Assembly (NCBI GenBank): GCA_903813345.2
Contig: CAIIXF020000001.1
Coordinates: 30,814,001-30,878,000 of the forward strand
Length of the DNA stretch: 64,000 nucleotides
Direction: 5' to 3'
From: Owenia fusiformis
Taxonomy: Eukaryota
Of the stretch, positions 34,884 to 48,634 are shown piece after piece. The first letter of the stretch is position 1, and each line of letters opens with the position of its first letter. The notes under the pieces are model-generated. The model was not told the origin of the DNA and did no database searches. It saw only the letters and a program-made list of their open reading frames with translations. The translations under genes were made by a program, and so were the position numbers.

Positions 34884-37800
34884 TTACATGTGTTTGGTTG
34901 GAGTAAGAGGGAAGAGGAGATTTTGCCAATCACCCAATGGCTTTCAAGGATTCCTGACTTCTGCTTCTCTTAATGACCCTGCCAATTGTGCCACAATCAA
35001 GTCCTACCAGACAATGCTCTAACTTAATTATTGGGAATTTCTAGTATGCATAAATGGAACAAAATCTCTCCTCCATCCTTGAAAATCTGTTAGTTTTATT
35101 GAATTTTCCACTCCAGAGAATTAACAATGTACAAACCCTGTTCCTTCACCCCAAACAATGCTTGTCTATCTAGAGAGATTTGACCACAGGGACAAGTCTA
35201 GTGGCTTTAGCAGATATGGCATCAGCACATTGTGGTCGGGATGTTTTATTATAGTGGTTTGGTGGTTATTGCTGGGTCTAACACCTAGAGAGACCAGTCT
35301 GTGGTCAGTAGAGGAAGAACATTGAACACACATTTCAATCACATTCATATGCTGTTTTATTACATGTATATTGGAAAAATGGCATAAATATTTTTGGAAA
35401 ACATTCAATTTTAACGAGCAGTTAGTTCAATAGAATAGCACTCTGGAACTAAACCTGGAATGATACATGTACAGGAACAGACAGGCAAAGGTATTGAATT
35501 GAAATAAATCTGTTTCAAAAATTATGTACAGTGTATTATAAATAATGTTTCCACCCATGCAATTGTAATTTTGAAGTTCAAATCATGTTGAAGATTCTGT
35601 TTGAAAAGTACATGTAAACTGTTTTTAGCTTGCTCTATTGATTAAAATGTTAATAGGTTTGATTTGTATTGTATATGGCTTGAGCTGCTAGTTTTATCTT
35701 TGTGCTTTATTTGATTTAATTTGTATCTGTTTACAAATATTGCCCATTTTGATAAATCTGATCTTTTCACGGGGTTTATAGTCAGCTTGACATTTAGATA
35801 AAACTTAGTACATGTACCTGGAAATGTAAAATTAATTTTATGTTTCCTTTTATATTTATTGTTCAGCAAGTCTCTAATGAAATAATGAGTCAGAATGATT
35901 AGTGATGACTCTTTTCACTGTATCCTGGTTTAGCTCTAGTATTAGCTCAATACTGTGGTTACAGTGCTATACTGAAATGTGCTATTTAGGCCACTAATAA
36001 TGAAAACAACTAGAATAAGGTGCATCTTCAGATCAGCAGTATCGACATCAAAAGTTTTGAGAAACAACATTTCTTTGAAATGCTATCCTTGGTTGGTTTG
36101 CCCTATAATTCTGGATTACCTTTGGGCGGTGGTGGAGCAAGCAGAATGTACAGTACAAACTTAAATTAACAGTTTCTACCACAGGTAAAGTTCACTTTGT
36201 TATGAGAGACTATAGGTACATTGAGTTTACTGTAGGTTTGTGGTTGATACAACTGTACATATGCGTCTAAGCGCAATGATCTTTGATACCAGAACTCAAA
36301 GGCAAAAAAATGTTTTGACTTTTCTCATATCAAATTAATATAAAGGTCATAAATATCTTGGAAAAATTACTTTTTATGCTGTTGCTAAGATATGCCTTAA
36401 TTTATTTGATTGTAAAAAAATAATAAATTAAATCGTATGAGAATTCTTCAATAATTGGATAACTTTACCTACTACAGTACCATGATAAAAGTTTCAGTTC
36501 CTAATTTTCATTTTTTGAAAAACTTACAAATTTTATTGATCAGTCTTTCATTTATTTTATATTTATTCCTCCATACCTTACAAGTAAGTTGCATACAAAA
36601 ACAGTTGTAGTTTAATTTCAGCATTAGTTCTTTAGCATTTTTAATGGAGGATGTAACTTCAGTGTAACATTGTAAATGATTGGGATTGGTTTCAACTGAG
36701 TTTGTATCACATCATCTTTGTTGGTACAGGGTTTCAATTTAGCTGTTTGATTGCTTTCTAACAGAGACTCTTCCCTATTGGGGGTAACCCCTATGTTTTT
36801 GTTTACTATTCGTGATGTTTTCATATCATTTATCTAACATATGAATGACAATTTGAGAAGTCAGCTCATTATAGATGTGATGGTGCACCGCATGACTTAA
36901 ATTGCTGGAAATAAGTACCCCTTTTGCTTCAGTTTGTAATTTGGAAATGTAGTGTGAACAGAAACTAGAAAAGTACTCAAAACACATGAATCTGGTAATT
37001 ATGATTCAATGATTTTATCGTTCAAGACTTCATTTTACTTCATGAATCTATTGACACATTTTATGAGACATCTGAAAGATTATAGATAAAGTATATAAGC
37101 AGGATTTGACCCATTTATCACTTTAAGGAGATCTGTATGCTAAGGTAAATGAACCCGTTTGTAAAAATTACTTTGTTATTCTGCAATTTTCTCAAAACTG
37201 TAAATTTAACAGAATTCTTTTTTAAATTTTATCAAGATACCAAGAAACAAATATGAAAGGGTGGTGATAGAAGGACTTGATTTTTTACCACAATCCACTT
37301 ACTTTTAAAGGATGAATACAGAAATCTGTGATGCAGAAAGTCTTGCATTGATATAATTTTATCTTTACCAAGGACCTTATCTTTTTTTTATTATCCATTA
37401 TGAACTGATGGGGCAGAAAGATGATGGGGAGATGTTTAGTCAAATATAACTTGCTATAATCAGAGTTTAGCCATATCATTTAAAATAGCAAATCCTAAAA
37501 TCCCATTAAGGCCAAAAATATAAACCACTTGACTTATCGCCCAAACCAGCTTAAATAAAAGGTACCAATTATGAGGGTAACTCATCCTTTACACAAATAA
37601 ACACACATGTTACAATGTTGTCATTTTTTAACTTTATTTAATAAATCAAAATTGAAACATGCAGTATGGTGTTTTCACTGCTGGTTTGGTATGGTTCGGA
37701 ATTACAATTGATACACAGTTCAAACATCCAGAAGATTCTTGAGACTTACTTTTAGTATTTCTTTACAATGAGGGATTCTATGATGTCAATGGATTAGAAT

Positions 37801-39344
37801 GTACAAGATCCATCTTAGGTGTTGTATTATGCTGTCTGCAGACAATGGAGCATCTTGAGTGTTGAGGCCTGGGACAAACTAAATGAAGTGGAGTGAAATG
37901 AATGCAAAGGGTAACAATAGAGGGTTGCACATGTCAAATTTCATCCTCACATATCATCGGTAATGCATTGATCAAGAAAATGTTTATTATTTTCATTCAT
38001 CATGTTAAGAATATATGGAACAAAAAATGTTATGTGTAATCTCTTTGATGTCTCTTAAGCAAAACATTTCGAAGTTGAATTGAACATGGTCTATTATATA
38101 TAAACAGTTCCTTAAGTAGTCTGCTTTAAAGAATGTATTATTTAAAAATTGAAATGATATGCTTTGTAACTATATTGACTGAACATGGGCAATCACATTG
38201 ACATGTTCCCTAATATTATGTTCCAAATTTTACTCAATGGAAATGTTCTAAATTGAATCAACAGAGACACTTGTTTTTGTGTAGGCTTTTAAAGTGAATT
38301 AGGCTTCTAAAGTTGTAGACTCAATTATCAATATGCCAAGTTCAATTAAAGGCATTAAAAGTACAATTCTGGAGAATTTCTTCATTACCACAATTTCTGT
38401 CATATAATCATTATTGTTTTCATTTACATTGACATTTTCTTTTTTGCACATCTGAACTTGACCATAGGCAGCTTTAAAAAATATTTAACCTTTTGGTGAC
38501 CTTTACTTACAATAATAACTTCTTGTATCTGTTGAATGTTGCCTTTTGTGCATTTTATCTCATTTGTAAAAAATCATCATGACATGTTTAGTTTTTGAAG
38601 CTGTTATCCCATTTGGATAGGAATGATCTAACTTAGTGTTTTACAACTCTTAATTCTACATCACATATGTTGTATCAACTCATGTCATTCTAACCTCTTT
38701 AACTTATGCCCTTTCCTCAGAATAAAACACAGCAAATGATTGAATTAAACACAGCAATTTGATATGTAACAATAAAAAGTAAGATATGAATGAATGATTG
38801 CAAATATTAAAATGGAAATTGTCATAATATTCCTAAAAAATATCTTGGTTAACTTTTGACTGAGTGTCATCTGCTAAAAGGGAGACATCTCTTGCATGGG
38901 ACAATATCATGGGCTTTGATAAGTTATGTTATTTTTCGTGTTGCAATTTGAAGTTAAAAGTAAAGCATTTTGATTATATCTGGATAAAAGATTGTACCAT
39001 GTATATCCTACATGACTTGAAGCAATAAAAATGTAATACACACATTGACAAGTTTGTATCAATACAAAAATGAAATGTCATAAGTCAATATTATGTGATT
39101 ATTAATGTCAATATTTTACTGTGTGTTGTCTTACATACATAGATGTTCATGTTTTACAGATTGTAAACTTAAACAATTTTATTACTTACTTTTAATAATT
39201 TGTAACACATGTACTTATAAATGCAGTTTTATTTCTTGCTGGCTCTGTTGTATTTTTGTCTGAGTTGCATTCAAGAGAAAGCACACATGGCAACATTTGA
39301 TCAACAAATCAAAGCCTTATAAAACATGTTAAAAACATTAGATG

Positions 39345-40245
39345 TACAATAACCTCCAAATTACGAGTTTCGTTGTTCCCTCTTCAAAAGAGGTGACGCG
39401 AAAATCTTTCCTTATAAGGTCAAAATATTTCCCATGATGCATTTCGCGGAGGAACAAATTTATACTTCCTTGTTTTCCCTCATAGGTTTAACATGGGGAT
39501 TTTCACACCTATTTTTCAAACGATATATTCGTTCATATTCCCGTACGAGAGTCCAGAAAAAAATATTTGAAACGATTGATCTCTTATTAATCTTAATATA
39601 ACAGCTATTTTTTTTCATTGTATTGATTCATAGCATGGTGAAAACGATGATTGAAAAGTGAGAAAATATTCCAGAAGAGAAGGTCACATGATCAGTTGAC
39701 TAGTCGCCATATTGGAAAAAAACAATTCCATTCGACTTTCAATACTTTCATGCCAATCTTACCCCACTACAAACTGCAACATCGATGCAACAACTGAATA
39801 AAAGTATTCATCTTCAAATTACATTATAGAGTTACGTTGAAAACCCACAAACAACTGAGCAGTAGACCAAAGAAGATGCGTCGCTATTATCTAGGTCAAT
39901 CTGTTCAGTGGTCCGAAAGCAAATCTATAGTACTCGTTTCCGAATTTTGTTGTTCATTGTACAATCTTTTATTGATTAAACTCGGTAAACTGACTATTAA
40001 AGCAATGACAAGGAAGAATACTTCCGATAGTGTCATTGTTTTATTTAGCGTGCGGGTGTAAAAACAAAATTGGGTAATTAGTTTGATTTAGAACTTTCGG
40101 GTCACGCAAATAGCTACGCGAAATGCATAGTGGGAAAATATTGACCAATCAAATTTTGTCCTTTTTGAGTGCTTTTTCAGTACATATTTGCGAACGTTCT
40201 GATTCAAAGAGCGAACCACGAAAGGGAGAATTAAAAGGTATGTAT
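39345..40245. mobile_element. Degenerate inverted-repeat DNA element, unclassified
   Basis: GGTCAAAATATTTCCCATGATGCATTTCGCG (39418-39448) pairs with CGCGAAATGCATAGTGGGAAAATATTGACC (40117-40146); weaker outer pairing; CpG-rich. Ends approximate. Confidence 0.55.
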
Positions 40246-42382
40246 CTTACTATTCGACTAATACTGCAGGATGGGACCACCAGGGGTCTTCCAGACTTAA
40301 TCAATAACATATTATCTTGAACTCAGGGGTTTTGAAGAATTCTGAACAGTTGTCAATATCATGCTTGGTTGCTTTTTTGGCAGTCTATTCACCTGAGTTT
40401 ATCAAACATTTGTTTTTGCACATTTCTATCAGATGTTGTTCAAATGTTGATTATGCTGATATGTTCAAAGGACTATAACATGGTATTACCCTTGGTGTTA
40501 CTCTTAGCATTACTGGATACTAAATGATAAAATGGTTCATTTTTGAAAAATCACGCCTATAGGTTATCATATTTTTTTCTGCAAATGTTCCTCCATTCTT
40601 GGATTTTTACATGGATCAGACCAATGTACCTTGAATCCCCAAAGGCCCAGGTCCCAGAGATTAATTTCAGCTTCAGTATTTTGTGGGGTAATTTTTCAAG
40701 ATATCTTGGTTTACAAGAACAATGCATGTATTAGGTTGGCAGTTCAATTAAAGCTTGTGAATAATGCAATAGCATTCTGTGAACCCTGCACAGTGATATG
40801 ACAGTATGTCTCCTGAGACTTCAAACATCAGAACTAATTCTTTGACACCCATGAATGATGGAGTTAGGGTATGTAAATACAGTATTGGATTTTCAATTGA
40901 TCTAACAGTTTTCATGTTTAAAAATTTTTTTTATGAAGTTTCTCTAGATGGGCTTTTAGAGCATGGACTTTCTTTATGTATATTCTGTAAATATAGCAAT
41001 TGCAAAATATTTATTAAGGTCAAGATAATTTTTCATAAAACTGTCTTCAGGGTTGAAATTCCATTTGATATGAACAACACTAATGTTTTGACCAGTTCTT
41101 AATTCAATTTTGAAAAATGGTTGAAGTTCTCAATGTCCAGCTGTACACACGCTAAATGGTCATTTGGATTATTTTGAGCCTAAAGATGTTTGTGCAGTGA
41201 TTGATGATACATCAGGGCAACAACAAAGTGGCCTCAATGAGCCTAACAGTGATGAGCTTTTAAAGACTAGAGGTGAAAGGGGTAGAACCAATTTCAGGCA
41301 TTACCAGTTTTGTTGGTCATAATTACACACTTTTTTGTGGTGTAATTAAAGGGTGGGTAACATAAAAGTGACATTTGAAGAATTTGCTTGATTGGATTGG
41401 AATAATTTGTTCATTTGGGATTCGGATTGCTTAAAACAGGTGTGTTCGGTGTCAAAATCTCATCTACTTGGCAAATTACATCTAATACATTTGAGGATAC
41501 TTTATATGCAAAGTCAGGTGCTTATGTGTCAAATTTATAACATCAATTCAAGGATTCTCTTTCACTTTGTTTGAAACTATCGGATATTGCAGCATGATTT
41601 AGGCCATAACAGCAGGTCAGTAATGAAAAATGTCAAGGATAGATAAAGCCTAGTTATTTGACATCTCACATAATTTATTATAAATAACAATTTGAAGAAT
41701 AAACTGAACTCTCCAAGAGAGAATATTAAGGCCATGCTCTAAGCTTTAAAAGCGCAATAATTGAGGATATACCCATAGGATATAGATATATGCAGCATGA
41801 AATAACAGAAGAATAACACAGGTTCAGATAATAACAGGTAGGTTTGGGTAACTCCAACAAGGAAAATAGTAAAGCTGAGATTCATTGTGATGTAATGTTG
41901 TTATTGCAAAGTACTTAAATAGAGTTGAGTTGTTTTCATAAGGAATGTTACGTTCATTACATTAAATTACATCGGATGTATTGCTTATGTAATATGACCT
42001 AAATACAATCTATCACACAACCATGAGAAAACCTCACTGAAATTGGCTGATGTTAAAGAATGAAGGAATTGCCTCAATTTAAAAAGGCATATCTTCTATT
42101 TCAGAAAACTGGATAATCTGACTTAATTATCACTTGGATTTGTTTCCAATTACAACTTATCTGAGATTTAATACATTTAGGGATTAGCTGCATATCAAGG
42201 GGATTAAATACTTACATTCTTTTTTAGACTCTGAATGTTAAATATGATAAGTGGAGATAAGCCATAGTTTAGAGATAATCTTATTATTACTGCTCATCCA
42301 CCATCTGTTATCTGAATATATATAAAATGCACATATTCTTTTTATTGATGTATAATAACATATCACAATATTTATATATTTA

Positions 42383-45300
42383 TTTTTATTAGACTCCAGA
42401 TGTCAATCTGGAGTCTATTGTTTTTGCCAGTATTCTTCTTATTATTTTTCTTTAAGAGTTTTTTCAATTACTATAAGGTATCCAGTAAAGATCATAATAC
42501 AGTTTATTTAGGTTCAGTATCTAGTTGGTGGGAAATTGGGTCAAATTTTTATCTAGGTCAAAGGTCAAGAACTAGGTCAAATCCAGTACTTTGTCACTTT
42601 TTTCGATTTTCTCAGTCGTCCTTCAATATTTTCGATCCGTTTTTTTTTCATTGTGTTCCTCATAAAAAAGTAGAAAATCTAAGATCGATTTAGTTTTTTG
42701 GTATCTCAAACCGATTTCGAGATATCAGTGTCCGAAAAAGGAGGTCCAAAAATTCGGTTCTCCGAATCCAATGTCCAGGAGATCAGTCTTATAGGAAATT
42801 TTCTCAGGATTCCAAATCTGAAAACCAAATTTCGATCTGACTTCCGATTCAGAAGTTATGGCGTTTTGAAAATTCAAAAATCGCTAATTTTGGTGCCCCA
42901 TGTTAATTCAATGGGAAAAAATATTTTTTTGAAGTGTAAAATACGAGATATAGACTAAGCACAGCTAAACATAATGGAAGCCCATAAAAGAAAGGGACCT
43001 CAAAACATTCTTTTCATAAAAATTTGGACACCAAAATGCCTAGGTCAAAATCTAGGTCAAATTCAAAGTTTTTCCTTATTTTTGCGATTCTGACACTACA
43101 GATCAATTATATTCTTCGAAATTTTGTATACATGTAGCCAAGAGTGTGCTTATAGTGTTAGCCTTTTGCCGTCAGAAAGTATTTTGACCCACTTTTGAGA
43201 TATGGTGTCCGAAAAGTAGGTCAAAATAAAAAAATCTCCAAATTTAACGTTTGAGTTATGAACTAAGTATAACATTTTCTCAGGAATCCGAATCTGCAAA
43301 TCAAATTTCGATCCGACTTCCGGTTCGGAAGTTATGACATTTTAAAGCTCAAAAATCGCTAAATTTGGTGCCCCATGTTATGTCAATGGGAAAAAAGATT
43401 TTTTTGAAGTGTAAAATACGAGATATAGACTAAGTACAGCTTAAAATAATGAAAGCCTATGTAAGAAGGGGACCTCGAAGGCTACCTAACTTCAAAATTT
43501 GGACACCAAAATCCCTAGGTCAAAATCTAGGTCAAATTCATAGTTTTTCCTTATTTTTGCGATTCGGACACTATATTTAAATGATTTGCTTCAAAATTTT
43601 GTATACAGGTAGGAGAGAGTGTGCTAATAGTGTTAGCTTTTTGCCGTCAGAAAGTATTTCGACCCACTTTTGAGATATGGTGTCCGAAAAGTAGGTCAAA
43701 ATAAAAAGTTCTCAAAATTTAACATATGAGTTAGGAATTAAGAGTAGAATTTTCTCAGGAATCCGAGTCTGCAAACCAAATTTCGATCCGACTTCCGGTT
43801 CAAAAGTTATGGCGTTTTGAAATTTCGAGAAAAATCGATCTGATCGTATCCTGATAAAAAGTCAAGAGTAGAGAAGGAAATATTGAAAAATGCATCCATC
43901 CTTCCTTTGTGATCCTATTGTATCCTTCTTATCTACCTTTCCTTCGTATCCTCTCCTTCCTATCCTTCCTATTCTATTCCTTCTTCCTATTCTATTCTAT
44001 CATTCTTTCCTATTCTATCCTATCGTCCCTTCCTATTCTAGCCTATCCTTCCTTCCTTTTTCATCCATCCATCCATCCATCTTTTTCTGGATGACTCAGC
44101 TTATTTTGGATGACTCGGCTTATTCTGGATGACTCGGCTAAAAAAAAGTCTAGATCTGGAGTCTGAAATTGAACTTCGTTCAATTTCCAAAGTCTAGTTA
44201 TTATTATTCTTTGGGAGTTTTTTCAATAACTATTAGGTATTCAGTAAGGACCATAATTCATTTTATTTAGGTTCAGTATCTAGTTGGTGGGAAATTGGGT
44301 CAAGTTTTTATCTAGGTCAAAGGTCAAGAACTAGGTCAAATCCAGTACTTTGTCACTTTTTTCGATTTTCTCGGTTGTCCTTCAATATTTTCGATCCGGG
44401 TTTTTTTCATTGTGTTCCTTATAAAAAAGTAGGAAACCTAGGATCGATTCAGTTTGTTGATATCTCAAACCGATTTCGAGATATCAGTGTCCGAAAACGA
44501 GGTCCAAAAAAAAATTCTCCGAATCAAATTGCCAGGATATTAGTCTTATAGGAAATTTTCTCAGGATTCCGAATCTGAAAACGAAATTTAGATCAGACTT
44601 CCGGTTCTGAAGTAATGGCGTTTTGAAAGCTCAAAAATCGCTAAATTTTGAGCCCATGTTAAGTCAGTGGGAAAAAAGATTTTTTTTGAAGTGAAAAATA
44701 CGAAATATAGACTGAGTTCAGCTAAATATAATGAAAGCTTTTAAAAGAATGGGACCTCAAAAGCCATCTAGCTTTAAAATTTGGACATCAAAATGCCTAG
44801 GTCAAAATCTAGGTCAAATTCAAAGTTTTTTCTTATTTTTGCGATTCTGACACTACAGATTAATTATTTCTTCGAAATTTTGTATACATGTAGCCAAGAG
44901 TGTGCTTATAGTGTAAGCCTTTTGCCGTCAGAAAGTATTTTGCCCCACTTTTGAGATATGGTGTCCGTAAAGTAGGTCAAAATAAAAAGTTCTCCAAATT
45001 TTACGTTTGAGTTATGAATTAAGAATAGAATTATCTCAGAAATCCGAATCTGCAAACCAAATTTCGATCCGACTTCCGGTTCCGAAGTTATGGCGTGTCC
45101 AAAAAGTAGGTCAAAATAAAAATTCGCCAAATTTAATGTATGAGTTATGAATTAGGGGAAGAATTTTGTCAGAAATCCAAATCTTTAAATCAAATTTAGA
45201 TCCGACTTCCGGTTTGGAAGTTATGGCGTTTTGAAATTTCGAAAAATCGATCTGATGGTATCCTGATAGAAAGTCAAGAGTAGAGAAGAAAATATTGAAA

Positions 45301-45603
45301 AGATCATCCATCCTTCCTATCTGATCCTATCCTATCCTTCCTTCGTATCCTTTCCTTCCTATCCTTCCTATCCTCTCCTATCATATCCTTTCTTCCTATT
45401 CTGTTCTATCCTATCCTTCTTTCTTATTCTATCCTATCGTTCCTTCCCATTCTATCCTATCCTACCTTCCTGTTTTATCCATCCATCTTATTCTGGATGA
45501 CTCAGCTTATTCTGGATGACTCGGCTTATTTTAGATGACTGGGCTTAAAAAAGTCTGGATCTGGAGTCTGAAATTGAACTTCGTTCAATTTCCCAAGTCT
45601 AGT
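42383..45603 (+). mobile_element. Two head-to-tail Helentron-type (HINE) units with ~477-bp internal repeats and (TATCC/TTCC)n tracts
   Basis: One 5' subTIR AGACTCCAGA with partner TCTGGAGTCT (42391-42416). Two 3' ends TCTGGAGTCT + hairpin GAAATTGAAC-TTC-GTTCAATTTC + CTAGT, ending 44198 and 45603. Pyrimidine microsatellites ~43890-44080 and ~45305-45490. Confidence 0.85.
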
Positions 45604-47792
45604 TGTTTTATTTAGTATTGCATTTTATTGTTCTGAGCTTTTTAACAAAATCTCTTGAAGTTTCTCTGTTTTTGACCATAGACAAATAAAAAGGAAGTTC
45701 TTTTTTATGTGGAGATACTTGTTAAAATGTTAAATGACTGTAATATTTGTAAACATGATATCTTGCAGTTGTCATCATTTTATTCTTTACTGTCTATTAA
45801 ACATGATTTTAACAACATCGTTTTGTTCTCATATACCATTTCATTTGGCGTTCACAGTAGTCTGTATTTTTTCTTAAAAAGTGTGAATAATATGCGTGGA
45901 AGTGGCCTGTTAAATAGCTAGGTAATTGTGCCCTACTCTACCCCACAGCTGGGAAATGTATCAGAATTTTGACATCTTGAATATTTACATCTCTGATCTG
46001 CAGCTCTATCTCCTAGGTTGAACACATATCATTTTCTTCTTATATCTATTCCCATTGGATTCAACAATTTATGTGCCACTTAATCAGATTTATGAGGGAA
46101 ATATAACCTGGTCGATTTATGAAACATCAATAGTAGAAAAGGTGTGAATCGTGATATACGAGAAAATATGGAATATTTTGTTAGGGAAGCAGTATCTTTC
46201 CAGACATACCTGTTGCAGACATCTTTTTACACCAACACTCATTTACCTGTTTTCGCTCATTGCAATATTTTTAGTAGTTGCAACATAAAAAGTTTCAATG
46301 ATTTTGCCTCACCTATGGTGTGAAAGGTGAGAGACAAGAGTGTGTATATAACTTGAGGCCATACACTAGATTGATTGTAATTATATTTCTTCATTGTGCG
46401 AATGTTTACTTTAGAATTGGTAAGCGCCAATAATATTTTTAATTTCTAGTTTATACCAAATTCAAACTGTAGTTGTCTCTGTTGAAAAGAGTACTACTGA
46501 AAGGATTGATGTCATTTAATTCAGATAGTACTTAAGAAATCTTGTTCTATATTGAGGGAAACTTAATTGTGAGTTATTTGTAAATAAACTATCATGGGAC
46601 TAAATGGTCTCATCACGCTAGGCCTCTTTTTTACATTCATAATTCAATTTACAAAACATTAATTAAGTTATACATGTTTATAAGGATGCAGGCTCAATAA
46701 GAAAATCCTTGCTAGTGGCCTTTCCCTTGCAATCATTTTTAGTTGCAAAAAATCATTCATGTGGTTCTTGCTCTGGTTCTTTTGATTCATCGTTTGCAGC
46801 TTTGAGGAAGAGTTGTGTTGAAGCATCCTTGCCAACTGTTGTTTTAGTACATCTGTGTTATCATGGATGAAGAATCATATTCTGCTTGGCTTTTGGTCAT
46901 GTGTTCACTTGGGAATCATGTTACATGGTGCAAGAGGAGGCCTTGGGACTTAGGGAGTAACCTATTGGAATATTCTTGGGGTGCAAAGATCTGTGAAATT
47001 CTTTTCAAATACTCTGGGGCTCCCTGAAGGCAGGGTCTCTCTTCTCTGCATATCTCTGCATGTGTTACAGACTAAAGCAGGTGGTCTTTTAATTTAAGAT
47101 CCTGAATCTTTCTAACAACCTTTTAAGACTCCCAGCAGTGTCTTAAATTTATAGAATTTATTCAATACACTCTCAGTTATGAAAGTCACATCTACTGCAA
47201 TGCTTCAAGAACTGCTTTCTCTTCTAAATTGATAACATCCTTGTTATGATATTTAACATTTTAATAGTGAGAAAAATTGACGTGTTTTTTGCTAATTGAA
47301 GAAAACATTCTTCTATTAAATATTTATTTACTGTGACGATAATTCCTGTTTTGTATATAATTTCATGCTTGAAATTACTGATTTTGTGGTATTTTGCAAG
47401 AGCTGTCACCTGATACCATTGTAGACTATAGAATAATGTTTAGCCACTTCACACTCTAAAGTGTTGCAAAGTTAAGTATCATACAAGCATAACTTTAATC
47501 ATTAAGACTCTCAAAGAAAGCCAGAAAGTATTGTTTTCAAAATTATTGGATTATTGGTTCTGCCGGATTACTTAGCACTACTGTGTGGATAAGGCGTCAC
47601 TTGTTACAAGTGTTAAACAAAGTAAACAATTTGATCTAACAATACGACATGATATTTGAAGAAAATGTTTGTCACGGTATTTGAAGAACTTTCTTTGATT
47701 TCACTAAGTTCTCACATACCTTAGATTTCGATAAGTGGGTAAGCTAGTGTGACATTCACATATGATTGAATATATATTTTTGTTCTTTACAG

Positions 47793-47967
47793 GGTTTTTA
47801 ATATACTACTTGGAGGGCCATAATTGCACTTTTGAAAAAAATGTTATTACAGTGTCTTACAATTGACTACACTAAATTGCAAAAAATATATAACTTTATT
47901 TATATTTTGTTGAACCTAGAAAACATCAGAAATTGCCGTCATTTATGTCATGGCATGATATTTACAA
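47793..47967 (+). other. Candidate non-coding 5'UTR exon of the FREM1-like gene
   Basis: Strong acceptor ttttgttctttacag and donor AA|gtaagt, ~370 nt upstream of the acceptor at 48335. No transcript evidence. Confidence 0.35.
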
Positions 47968-48354
47968 GTAAGTGAATGGAGATTCATTTTTGTCAAAACA
48001 TATTAACTCATAATTTCTGGAAAATTTACAGCATGCATTTGCTATTTTGACACTCCAAGTAGTACTAAAGGACATTTGCCATATTAAGTTTCATACATTT
48101 AATTTCAAATGCTATTTTTGATCATTAATAGTTTGTATTATCTTAGGATTTGGGCAATTAGCGATGATTTGTCATGAATTGGTGCATGCATGGTGGTTTC
48201 AGACAATTCAACATGGAGAAGGCTAGACCAATTTATTATAGAGATGACTGTTGTAGATATTGTGAATTCAGTCTGATAGCCAGTCTTATTAGTCATATTC
48301 CATGCCCTGCATTGATATAAGAGCTATAATTTCAGATTGCCGATAGTTGAAAAA

Positions 48355-48378
48355 ATGAAGCATCGAAACTGGCGATAG
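48355..48378 (+). promoter_or_regulatory. 7-codon uORF (MKHRNWR*) ending 1 nt before the FREM1-like ATG
   Basis: aaaaATGAAGCATCGAAACTGGCGATAG-c-ATG, inside the predicted first coding exon. Confidence 0.45.
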
Positions 48379-48379
48379 C

Positions 48380-48634
48380 ATGTTGTCCAAGATGGATTCT
48401 ACTCACTACCTGACGCGACTTACTCGATTACTCACCATACTCACCATATTTGTGACGCTAGGGACTTCATCTGTGATCATCACAAACAATGCTATCACAG
48501 TAAAGATAGGAAGGGCCGTGTTTATCGACCCGAAAGATTTGACTTTTACTCCCACTGACACGTCAACTGTGTGTAAAGTTCGAGTTGTGACAAATGACCC
48601 CATCACGCAGAAAGTTGGCCGTATTCATCCACAG
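48380..48634 (+). CDS. FREM1: FREM1-like coding exon 1 (signal peptide and start of NV domain)
   Basis: Acceptor tttcag ending 48335, ATG 48380 (alternative ATG 48392), donor CAG|gtaaaa at 48635; 85 codons. Confidence 0.85.

Noticed and set aside
43890..44132. Hydrophobic ORFs resembling membrane peptides
   Set aside because: Translation of a (TATCC/TTCC)n microsatellite.
46900..47040. Minus-strand LQGAPEYLKR as a CR1/L2 LINE tail
   Set aside because: Single short motif with no adjoining reverse-transcriptase sequence recognisable.
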